64,000 nucleotides of DNA, taken from NCBI GenBank assembly GCA_043771175.1, contig JAYVHO010000008.1:5124-69123 (forward strand), given 5' to 3'. Position 1 is the stretch's first letter. Every line of letters starts with the position of its first letter. Below are positions 56,338-64,000 of the stretch, piece by piece. Under the pieces are notes generated by a model. That model did not search any database. It was not told the origin of the DNA and worked only from the letters and a program-made list of their open reading frames with translations. Origin of the DNA: a bacterium. Its GTDB lineage: Bacteria > Patescibacteriota > Minisyncoccia > Phycocordibacterales > UBA1006. A program made the translations under genes and the position numbers.

Positions 56338-56371
56338 ATGTTTGTATAGTACTACAATATATAGTTTTTTG

Positions 56372-58267
56372 CTATCTCATTTCACATCCCTTTTGCTTTA
56401 AAAGTGTGTAAATCTTTTCAATTTCAATATTTACTTCATCATCGGTAAGGTTTGAATTTTCTCCTTGAAACACGAATCGTATCAAAACAGAAGTTTTATC
56501 ATCTTTGGTATATTCATCAGCAATATAGGGAGTTTTTATGAGATTTTTCAGAGGAATTTCTTTACATAAATTAAGCACTTCTTGTACGGAAACATCTTCA
56601 GGAATAAAACAAGAAACATCACGCGTTGAATAAGGAGTCAGTCCCCACATAACAAATTTTTTATTTTCTGATGTATCACCAATAAATTCATACGAATAAT
56701 CTTCTTCATCAATGTTCTCTGGTAAAATTCTATACATTTTATATCCACTTTCTTCTGTAATTAAATCCAACATATTCATGCATTTTTTTTCATTCATCAT
56801 ATCTATAAACATTTCAAATTGTTTCATTTTTTTAGAACCATCAAAGATCACCAATAATAATTCTTCTAAAGCATCAGCTTTAAATACCGTTCCAATTTCA
56901 TACATGCACACGTTTTGAATTTCAAGAAAATCTTTGTTAAGACGTGATGATTCTACTGATTGCTTAAAAGCAGGAAGGAGCGTGTCGCGCAGCGACACGC
57001 GCTCTTTTGAAACTGGTGAGGAAAGCGTCAGTGAGCCTGATGAAACTAATGAATGATTACGAACTTCATTAAAACCAGATTCAGAAAGTGCTGTTCTTAA
57101 AATGCTGGTAATAAGTGTTTTTTTATCTTTATGTGGCGTAAATAAAAGCCGAGGTAATTCTTCTGGGATATTACTGTATCCATGAATTCTCCCAATTTCT
57201 TCAATTACATCAACTGCGTAATTTAAATCAACTCGGTATGCTGGTACGGTAACTTTAAAATCAGTATGTTCATACACCACAGCACAACCAATTAATTCTA
57301 GAATTTTTATAATCTCGAGAGGATCAAGCGCTGATCCATATCCAAGTAACGACATAATTTCTGATTCAGAAACAGTAATTATGGGCGCAGTATACGTGTC
57401 AGCGTTGGTGTCATCAATATATACCGTATCAATATGAGCGAGCTCGGCAAGTAGTACATAGAGAGCATGTAAAGCGTCATCAATTAGGACGCCATTCCTA
57501 TGAATTGAAAATCGTTTTGAAGCATCCGTAACAAGTTTAAGTCTACGCGAAGTTTTTCTGATATTATTTTCATCAAACACACCCAGTTCAAAAATTGCAT
57601 CGGTAGTATGTTCATCCACTATGGCATGATCGCCACCTTTTATTCCAGCCAATGAAAGTATTTTTTGATTTAAACTATCTCTAATCACCATATCACCTTC
57701 TGATAATATATATTCTTTCCCTCCCATCATAGTAAAAATTTCACCTTCCTCTACTACGTCAACTAAAAACGTTCCACTACATTTTGAAGCATCATACACA
57801 TGCACCGGTTGTCCCGAGATAATCATCACCAAATTGGTAATATCTACGAGTAGTGATTTTGAAGTCATATCACAACTTGCCAAAATATTTTTTATCCACG
57901 CAGGAGACTGCGTATTTTTAACTTCTGGGATTCTCACAAATACGATTCTCTTTGAACCAGTTTTAATAGAATCTCCTTTTTGTTTGATTACTGTAAATCC
58001 AGTTGGAATTTCTGCATAGATATTTGAAAATGGTTGCTTGGTAAAAATACAAAGTTCACGCAAAAACCCGACATGTGAAAGTAAATCTCCATAACGGTTT
58101 GGCGTGATTTCTATGTCAATTGTATGATCGGTTGAATAATCTTCAGACGTGATGGTTTCTATTGATTCCACTTCAGCCAAATGATCCGTAATCAACTCAT
58201 CAAGTATTTCTTTTGAAGGAAGTGTTATTGCTCCAATTTTTTCTAGTAGTTGTTGTGAATATTTCAT
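56372..58267 (-). CDS. pheT: Phenylalanine--tRNA ligase beta subunit (short)
   Basis: Directly downstream of pheS; B3/4 region 'QPVHVYD', B5 'VPAYRVDL...DVIEEIGRIHGY'. Confidence 0.8.
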   Translation of the reverse strand: MKYSQQLLEKIGAITLPSKEILDELITDHLAEVESIETITSEDYSTDHTIDIEITPNRYGDLLSHVGFLRELCIFTKQPFSNIYAEIPTGFTVIKQKGDSIKTGSKRIVFVRIPEVKNTQSPAWIKNILASCDMTSKSLLVDITNLVMIISGQPVHVYDASKCSGTFLVDVVEEGEIFTMMGGKEYILSEGDMVIRDSLNQKILSLAGIKGGDHAIVDEHTTDAIFELGVFDENNIRKTSRRLKLVTDASKRFSIHRNGVLIDDALHALYVLLAELAHIDTVYIDDTNADTYTAPIITVSESEIMSLLGYGSALDPLEIIKILELIGCAVVYEHTDFKVTVPAYRVDLNYAVDVIEEIGRIHGYSNIPEELPRLLFTPHKDKKTLITSILRTALSESGFNEVRNHSLVSSGSLTLSSPVSKERVSLRDTLLPAFKQSVESSRLNKDFLEIQNVCMYEIGTVFKADALEELLLVIFDGSKKMKQFEMFIDMMNEKKCMNMLDLITEESGYKMYRILPENIDEEDYSYEFIGDTSENKKFVMWGLTPYSTRDVSCFIPEDVSVQEVLNLCKEIPLKNLIKTPYIADEYTKDDKTSVLIRFVFQGENSNLTDDEVNIEIEKIYTLLKQKGCEMR

Positions 58268-58269
58268 AA

Positions 58270-58977
58270 TTAAAATTGATTAATGCGTTCATCGCCACTT
58301 GAAAATAGTCTAATATCAGAGATTCCATACTTAATGACCGCCAAACGGTCAAGCCCCATACCAAACGCAAATCCTGTATATTTTTTACTGTCATATCCTC
58401 CATTTTCTATCACTTCTGGGTGTACCATCCCAGCACCTAAAAGCTCAAGCCACTTTTTTCCTGTCCATACCGCTACTTCAAATCCAGGTTCCACAAATGG
58501 AAAAAAACTTGGACGTAATTTTATCTTTGCAGTATCTCCATATAATTCTTTAATAAATCGTAGAAGCACTCCTTTTAAATGAGCGACGGAAATTCCTTCA
58601 CCAATCACAAATCCTTCAACTTGATGAAACTGCATTTCATGCGTTGCATCTGTTGATTCATTTCTAAAAACTTTCCCTACGGTACAAAACGCGAATGGTG
58701 GCTCTTGACCTAATTCTTTTAATTGTTTCATTCTTCTGATTTGAGTGTTTGATGTGTGCGTTCTCAGTACCATTCCCGGCAAATCTTTGATATAAAAGGT
58801 GTCTTGCATATCACGGGCGGGATGATTTTTTTCAATCCGAAGTGCATCAAAATTATGCCATTCATCTTCTAATTCTCTGGCTGAAGTAATTTCAAATCCC
58901 ATACCGGTTAAAATTTTATACACTTCATGTTCTATAATTGTCAGTGGATGTAATGTTCCTGTTTTCATATTATGCAT
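58270..58977 (-). CDS. pheS: Phenylalanine--tRNA ligase alpha subunit (catalytic core only)
   Basis: 'HPARDMQDTFY', 'LRTHTS', 'FPFVEPG', 'GFAFGMGLDRL'. Confidence 0.9.
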   Translation of the reverse strand: MHNMKTGTLHPLTIIEHEVYKILTGMGFEITSARELEDEWHNFDALRIEKNHPARDMQDTFYIKDLPGMVLRTHTSNTQIRRMKQLKELGQEPPFAFCTVGKVFRNESTDATHEMQFHQVEGFVIGEGISVAHLKGVLLRFIKELYGDTAKIKLRPSFFPFVEPGFEVAVWTGKKWLELLGAGMVHPEVIENGGYDSKKYTGFAFGMGLDRLAVIKYGISDIRLFSSGDERINQF

Positions 58978-60394
58978 TTTTTTTAGATACTAGTAATTCT
59001 TTAAACTTCGCAGGGTTACCAGAACCCTTTGCTGTTTTCATCGCCATTCCCACTAAAAACTGCAACAATGTATCTTTTCCATTTTTGTATTCTTCCCATT
59101 GTAAAGTATTTTCAGAAATTACCGTTTCAATAATAATCATTAAAGCTGTTTCATCTTGAACTTGAATAAGCCCCAGACTTGTTGCAATTTCAAAAGGATT
59201 TCTTTCATCAGTCAGCATGACAGGCATAATATCTTTTACTCCTCGAGAACTTAATTTTCCATCTTTGTATAAATACAAAAGTTCACCTAACTTCCCAGGT
59301 GTAATCTTTGATGTAATATCACCAAAACCAAGTTTTGTAGAAAGTGACATTCCAACAAAATCAGATTTAATATAATTTGCTGCCAGTATAATAATATCTG
59401 TTTGAGGAAATACCTCCATAAACATTTCAAAATATCTTCTCAAGGTTGGCTCCATTAAAAAGAATTCCGCCATTTCAGAACTAACACCTAATTGTTCATA
59501 TCGCGTACGCAAATCCCATGGTAATTCTGGTAAATTCTTTTTAAGTTCATAAGTATCAAATAATTCTGAAATATAGAACTTTGGAATATCTGGATCTGGG
59601 AAGTATCGGTAATCATCACTGTTTTCTTTGGTTCTTTGAGAAAACGTTGTTCCATCAGCATCATTCCACCCCCGAGTTTCTTGCACAATTTCTGACTCGC
59701 GACCCGCGTCATATAATGCTGACATTCTTTTTATTTCATGATCAATAGCTTTACCAACAACAGAAAAAGAGTTGAGGTTTTTAATTTCAACTTTTGTTCC
59801 AAAAATATGTGGGTCTTTTGAAATAGAGATATTTACCTCCACACGCATTTGTCCTTTATCCATTTCTGCTTCAGAAACACCTAACTCTCTCATAAGTAAT
59901 CTAAATTCTTTTGCAAAACTCATAGCATCGTCGGCATTATGAAGTACTGGTTCAGTTACGAGTTCCATCAAAGGTACTCCAGCACGATTATAATCAACTA
60001 AAGATTTCCCTTCAACGTGAACAGAGGTTCCCGTGTCTTCTTCCAAGTGAATTCGCGTAATCCCAAAACCAAGCAGTGACCCATTTGAAACGAGTGGAAA
60101 TTTATATTGAGAAATCTGATAACCTTTTGGAATATCTGGGTAAAAATAATTTTTTCTATCAAATTCAGTAAAGTCAGCAATATCTCCAGAAACAGCCAGT
60201 CCCACCTGAATCACTTTTTTGATGGCTTCTTTATTTGGTACGGGTAATGTGCCCGGATGAGCCAAACATACTGGACATACATTGGTATTTGGCACGGTTT
60301 CGTTTGCGTCGTTCTTACATCCACAAAACATTTTTGATGCGGTATGTAATTCTGCATGAATTTCAAGACCTATGGTTGGATAATACGTTGTCAT
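58970..60394 (-). CDS. gatB: Asp/Glu-tRNA amidotransferase subunit B
   Basis: 'PTIGLEIHAEL', 'CPVCLAHPGTLP', 'DYRYFPDPD'. Start at 'MTTYYP' (tatact box 7 nt upstream). Confidence 0.9.
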   Translation of the reverse strand: MTTYYPTIGLEIHAELHTASKMFCGCKNDANETVPNTNVCPVCLAHPGTLPVPNKEAIKKVIQVGLAVSGDIADFTEFDRKNYFYPDIPKGYQISQYKFPLVSNGSLLGFGITRIHLEEDTGTSVHVEGKSLVDYNRAGVPLMELVTEPVLHNADDAMSFAKEFRLLMRELGVSEAEMDKGQMRVEVNISISKDPHIFGTKVEIKNLNSFSVVGKAIDHEIKRMSALYDAGRESEIVQETRGWNDADGTTFSQRTKENSDDYRYFPDPDIPKFYISELFDTYELKKNLPELPWDLRTRYEQLGVSSEMAEFFLMEPTLRRYFEMFMEVFPQTDIIILAANYIKSDFVGMSLSTKLGFGDITSKITPGKLGELLYLYKDGKLSSRGVKDIMPVMLTDERNPFEIATSLGLIQVQDETALMIIIETVISENTLQWEEYKNGKDTLLQFLVGMAMKTAKGSGNPAKFKELLVSKKNA

Positions 60395-60474
60395 GTGTAT
60401 AAGTATAGCGTTTTTTACAGAAAATGGTAGTATTAATTGAGTATAAACCTTAAACAATTTAACTCATATTACAC

Positions 60475-60630
60475 ATGCTACAGATACTTGAAAACCCTAT
60501 TGTTGACATTTTTCTTATCATCAACATCATTATCTTTGTACTACACATAAAAGATTTTGGACCATTTTCTCAAAAAAAGTTCCAGCACCTCATAGACACA
60601 ACAAATAATAAGAAACATGACGAAGTTTAA
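60475..60630 (+). CDS. Possible 51-aa single-TM small protein (not in the ORF track)
   Basis: Hand translation MLQILENPIVDIFLIINIIIFVLHIKDFGPFSQKKFQHLIDTTNNKKHDEV*; followed by a strong terminator. Confidence 0.3.
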   Translation: MLQILENPIVDIFLIINIIIFVLHIKDFGPFSQKKFQHLIDTTNNKKHDEV

Positions 60631-60645
60631 ATTATTGTATTTAAA

Positions 60646-60678
60646 AAGACCGACAAGCTGCGCTTGTCGGTCTTTTTT
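60646..60678. terminator. Bidirectional terminator (obg and the small ORF)
   Basis: agaccgacaagc-tgc-gcttgtcggtct flanked by A5/T6 runs. Confidence 0.8.
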
Positions 60679-61666
60679 ATTCTGTTATTGTTTTTACTTC
60701 CACACTTTTTACAATGGTCTGTAAAACTTTTTTTACTAAAGCATCATCATATAAAGAAAGAACTGCAACATCTTTTTTAATTTTTTTACCAAGTTCTTTT
60801 GCAATCTTTACAGCGTCTTCGGTAAGTTCATCAATCTTTGTTATAACCACCATTTCGTCTTTTTCAAGAAGATTTTTATCAAATGCGCCAAGTTCGTTTC
60901 TAATTGCATTATATGCAACCACTAATTCATCAACATTCTCTTTTGCTTCTATAAAATGAACCAAAACGCGTGTTCTTTGAATATGCTTTAAAAATTTATG
61001 ACCCAAACCTTTCCCTTCTGAAGCACCTTCAATAAGTCCTGGAATATCTGCAAATACGTAGTCAAAATACACGCCTAAGTTTGGCTCAATAGTAGTGAAG
61101 GGATAGTTGGCAACTTTTCCTTGTGAAGCCGTGGCAACATTTAAAAATGAAGTTTTTCCCGCATTTGGAAATCCAATGATTCCAACATCTGCAATCATTC
61201 GAAGTTCGCAGGTAATGGTTCCTTCTTCACCTTTTTTACCAGGTGTACATTCTAATGGTGTTACATTGTTTGAACGCTTAAAGTGTTCATTTCCAAAACC
61301 TCCGTTTCCTCCCGTTAAAATTTGGAATTTTTGTCCCGTTTCAAGGAGATCATAAATCTCACCTGTTGAAATATTCTTAACCAGCGTTCCTCTAGGAACT
61401 TTTATAATTAAATCATCTCCCGTTGCACCATGTTTACCCATATTTCCACCAGGTCCACCTGACATTGCTTGTTGCAATTTAATGTTTCGGTAATGTTCAA
61501 GATATGAAAGATCAGCAATGGCTTCCAAATATACATCCCCTCCTTTTCCTCCGTCACCACCACCTGGTCCACACAAAGGCTTGAACTTCTCTCGTCTCCA
61601 GCGAACAACACCATCACCTCCGTTTCCGGCTTTAATTTTTAGCGTTACATTATCTACAAATGACAT
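60677..61666 (-). CDS. obg: GTPase Obg/CgtA
   Basis: 'FVDNVTLKIKAGNGGDGVV', 'GFPNAGKTS', 'DIPGLIEGA'. Confidence 0.9.
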   Translation of the reverse strand: MSFVDNVTLKIKAGNGGDGVVRWRREKFKPLCGPGGGDGGKGGDVYLEAIADLSYLEHYRNIKLQQAMSGGPGGNMGKHGATGDDLIIKVPRGTLVKNISTGEIYDLLETGQKFQILTGGNGGFGNEHFKRSNNVTPLECTPGKKGEEGTITCELRMIADVGIIGFPNAGKTSFLNVATASQGKVANYPFTTIEPNLGVYFDYVFADIPGLIEGASEGKGLGHKFLKHIQRTRVLVHFIEAKENVDELVVAYNAIRNELGAFDKNLLEKDEMVVITKIDELTEDAVKIAKELGKKIKKDVAVLSLYDDALVKKVLQTIVKSVEVKTITE

Positions 61667-61712
61667 AATGTACTATCTTGACATTTTTTTGACTAAATGT
61701 CAAAAAAACTCC

Positions 61713-62825
61713 TTAAACTCTAAACTCAATCACATCACCATCTTGTACTATGTATGTCTTTCCTTCCACACGAAGCTTGCCTTTATTACGGGCTTCTGTA
61801 AGTGATCCGCATTCTATAAAGTCAGCAAATGCAACAACCTCTGCGCGGATGAATTTCTTTTCAAAATCTGTGTGAATTGCTGCAGCAGCCACTGGTGCGG
61901 ATGATCCAATCTTTACCGTCCATGCACGAGTCTCCATCTCTCCGGTTGTTAAATATGACATAAGTCCCAGTGCTTTATACCCAGCGTCAATAAGTCCGTC
62001 CAGTCCAACTCCTTCAACTTGCAAATCCGTTCGCATTTCATCGCGTTCTTCTTCAGAAAAAGATTTCAATTCTCCTTCACTTTGTGCATCAATCAAAATC
62101 ACTGATGCATGCAAAATTTCATGCGCATACGCCACGAACTCATCATATAATACTTTGTTAGTGTCATTTAAATTCTTTCCCGTGCTTTTTCTGTTTCCTG
62201 CAACAATCATTTTTTTGTTAGTAAGAAAATGCATCGCATATAAAAATCCTGGTTCAATATCACCTTCTGTGGTAAACGTAAATGCAGGCTTACTCTCTAC
62301 AAGATGAGATTTAAGACGTTTTAAACACGCAGATTCTGCCATAGCAACTTCATCACCTCGTCTTACATCTTTTTCAATATTTGAAATTCTTTTTTCAAGC
62401 GTTTGTAAGTCTGCCAAAATAAGCTCCATCATAATTACTTCCAAATCTCGTTTTGGGTGTGGTGTTCCATATACATGAGTAATATCTGTAGTTGCGTTAT
62501 TTTCAAATAGTCGTACTACGTGAACAATTGCGTCAGTCTCACGTATATGAGAAAGAAATTGGTTCCCTAATCCTGCCCCCGTTGATGCACCTTCAACAAG
62601 TCCTGCAATATCAACAAATTCCACTACTGCTGGAATTATTTTCTGTGAACCAGAAAGTTTTGAAAGAACTTGCAAGCGCCCATCTTTAACGGGAACAATC
62701 CCCACTGACGGATCAATCGTACAAAATGGGTAATTCTCTGCTGGTACTGACTTTTCTGTTAATGCATTAAATAATGTTGATTTTCCAACATTAGGCAAAC
62801 CCACAATTCCAAGTGATATATTCAT
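61713..62825 (-). CDS. ychF: Ribosome-binding ATPase YchF
   Basis: 'LGIVGLPNVGKSTLFNALT', 'FVDIAGLV', TGS-like C-terminus. Confidence 0.9.
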   Translation of the reverse strand: MNISLGIVGLPNVGKSTLFNALTEKSVPAENYPFCTIDPSVGIVPVKDGRLQVLSKLSGSQKIIPAVVEFVDIAGLVEGASTGAGLGNQFLSHIRETDAIVHVVRLFENNATTDITHVYGTPHPKRDLEVIMMELILADLQTLEKRISNIEKDVRRGDEVAMAESACLKRLKSHLVESKPAFTFTTEGDIEPGFLYAMHFLTNKKMIVAGNRKSTGKNLNDTNKVLYDEFVAYAHEILHASVILIDAQSEGELKSFSEEERDEMRTDLQVEGVGLDGLIDAGYKALGLMSYLTTGEMETRAWTVKIGSSAPVAAAAIHTDFEKKFIRAEVVAFADFIECGSLTEARNKGKLRVEGKTYIVQDGDVIEFRV

Positions 62826-62871
62826 GTGTACTACTGTACACAATTTTTTATGTAAATTCAAGAAATCTATT

Positions 62872-62880
62872 TGATATAAT
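62872..62880 (+). promoter_or_regulatory. Extended -10 (tgatataat), 7 nt upstream of ATG 62888
   Basis: TGaTATAAT. Confidence 0.55.
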
Positions 62881-62887
62881 TATATGT

Positions 62888-64000
62888 ATGAAATATTTTA
62901 CTGCTGCCCTGTCATTTTTAACTTTATTATTAACAGTTCCTCATAATTCTTTATTTGTTTTTGCACAAGAAATTACTTCTACCACAGAAACATCAGAAGA
63001 TAGTTCCAAAGTTTACGTGATTTCTTATGATGCATCAGATATTATATTGGCTGATGTTGGTTTGGGTTCAAAAATTATGTCCTTGGCATCTTCACAAAAT
63101 CTTGATGAAACCATTGGAGCAGTAATAGAAAATACCGGTGCAGACATCACCAGAAATTTTGAAAATTTAAACACTATAGCAGCATCAATGACCGAAGCAG
63201 AAAAAAATACGCTGATGGAACAGATTCCAGGAATTTCTATTAGAGAACCAAAAATGTACCAGTTAACACTTTCCACTAAGGCTTCCTATGTTCAAGCTAC
63301 ACAATTTGCAGCAGATATGGGATATACCGGTTCAGGACAATACGTGGCAGTGATAGATTCTGGAATTGATGATACCACCAGCATGTTGACTGGTAAGCTT
63401 AATAGTGGATATGAGGCATGCTTTTCTAATTCTGGACTACTTACTCCGCAATATGTAAATCCATCTATTACCACTAATGGTGGTGGATACTATGCATGCC
63501 CTACAAATATTGGAACACTTCCAACACGCACCTCAACGTCGCCACTTACATTTTCACCAGCAACAGTAATGAATGCATCACAGCCTCTTAACACTTATTC
63601 ATCAACTATTGGAAATGATATTAATCACGGTACAAACGTAGCACAAATTGCCGTAGGAAGTCATATTACTTCACCCTCAAATATTACAGGAATTGCGCCC
63701 GGGGCAAACCTCGTTGGTGTCAATGTATCCACCTTTGTTGATAGCAGAAATCCTGTTGCTGGAATCCCTACAGGTACGGGTACGGGATATGAAGTTAGTA
63801 TTGATACTACTCCAGATTATATTGCTATTAGTGATGTTGATTTAATAGAGGGCCTTCGGTACGTGCAGTATCTAAAAGACACTTTAGGTGTCCCTATTGC
63901 TGCAGTAAATATGAGTCTTTCTGATAATGAGGCATATGATGATCAGAATGATTGTGACACTCGTGTCGTTCCTGCTCAAAACATTGACAACACTCTTGTT
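62888..64000 (+). CDS. Secreted subtilisin-like serine protease (S8) with signal peptide and propeptide; 3' end outside the window (not in the ORF track)
   Basis: Hand translation is open for 371 codons to the window edge: 'MKYFTAALSFLTLLLTVP...', 'YVAVIDSGID' (Asp), 'NHGTNVAQIAVG' (His). Confidence 0.8.
   Translation, partial: MKYFTAALSFLTLLLTVPHNSLFVFAQEITSTTETSEDSSKVYVISYDASDIILADVGLGSKIMSLASSQNLDETIGAVIENTGADITRNFENLNTIAASMTEAEKNTLMEQIPGISIREPKMYQLTLSTKASYVQATQFAADMGYTGSGQYVAVIDSGIDDTTSMLTGKLNSGYEACFSNSGLLTPQYVNPSITTNGGGYYACPTNIGTLPTRTSTSPLTFSPATVMNASQPLNTYSSTIGNDINHGTNVAQIAVGSHITSPSNITGIAPGANLVGVNVSTFVDSRNPVAGIPTGTGTGYEVSIDTTPDYIAISDVDLIEGLRYVQYLKDTLGVPIAAVNMSLSDNEAYDDQNDCDTRVVPAQNIDNTLV

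Overview
AT-rich, gene-dense bacterial chromosome segment. Gene content, small versions of core enzymes and many small secreted or membrane proteins suggest a Patescibacteria/CPR (Parcubacteria-like) genome; that placement is inference only. I call about 70 protein genes and 3 tRNAs (Ile-GAT, Gln-TTG, Ala-TGC). I see no rRNA, CRISPR array, transposase or integrase. Housekeeping genes include murG, an M23 peptidase, parB, a short RelA/SpoT homologue, hisS, sppA, an ABC-F ATPase, rpmA, rplI, a DEAD-box helicase, an S41 protease, rsmI, an Nth-like glycosylase, rpsP, PBP2, comEC, dnaX, dus, an ftsQ-like gene, serS, dprA, folD, glyA, a short uvrC, rseP, frr, pheS/pheT, gatB, obg and ychF. Points worth a second look: (1) five tandem paralogous VirB2/TrbC-type pilin-like genes (13.07-14.9 kb), followed by a DUF3298-like protein and SppA, with no secretion ATPase nearby; (2) a phage-tail-fibre-like surface protein open at the 5' window edge; (3) an interspersed CCGTCATCCCG...CGGGATCCAGG palindromic mosaic repeat family at six intergenic loci; (4) TGnTATAAT extended -10 boxes only 6-10 nt upstream of many start codons, which implies leaderless mRNAs and corrects many ORF-track starts; (5) a sharp coding-strand switch at 18.1-21.5 kb that encloses an orphan AT-rich zone with iteron-like GACATT repeats, a convergent hyper-acidic/hyper-basic gene pair (the basic 52-aa ORF is absent from the ORF track) and a 101-nt long hairpin; (6) a tRNA-Gln to tRNA-Ala bounded accessory block (47.7-53.2 kb) with two apparently disrupted genes and three copies of one long hairpin. 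A subtilisin-like protease gene open at the 3' window edge is also missing from the ORF track. All hairpin and repeat coordinates were derived by eye and may be off by a few nt.
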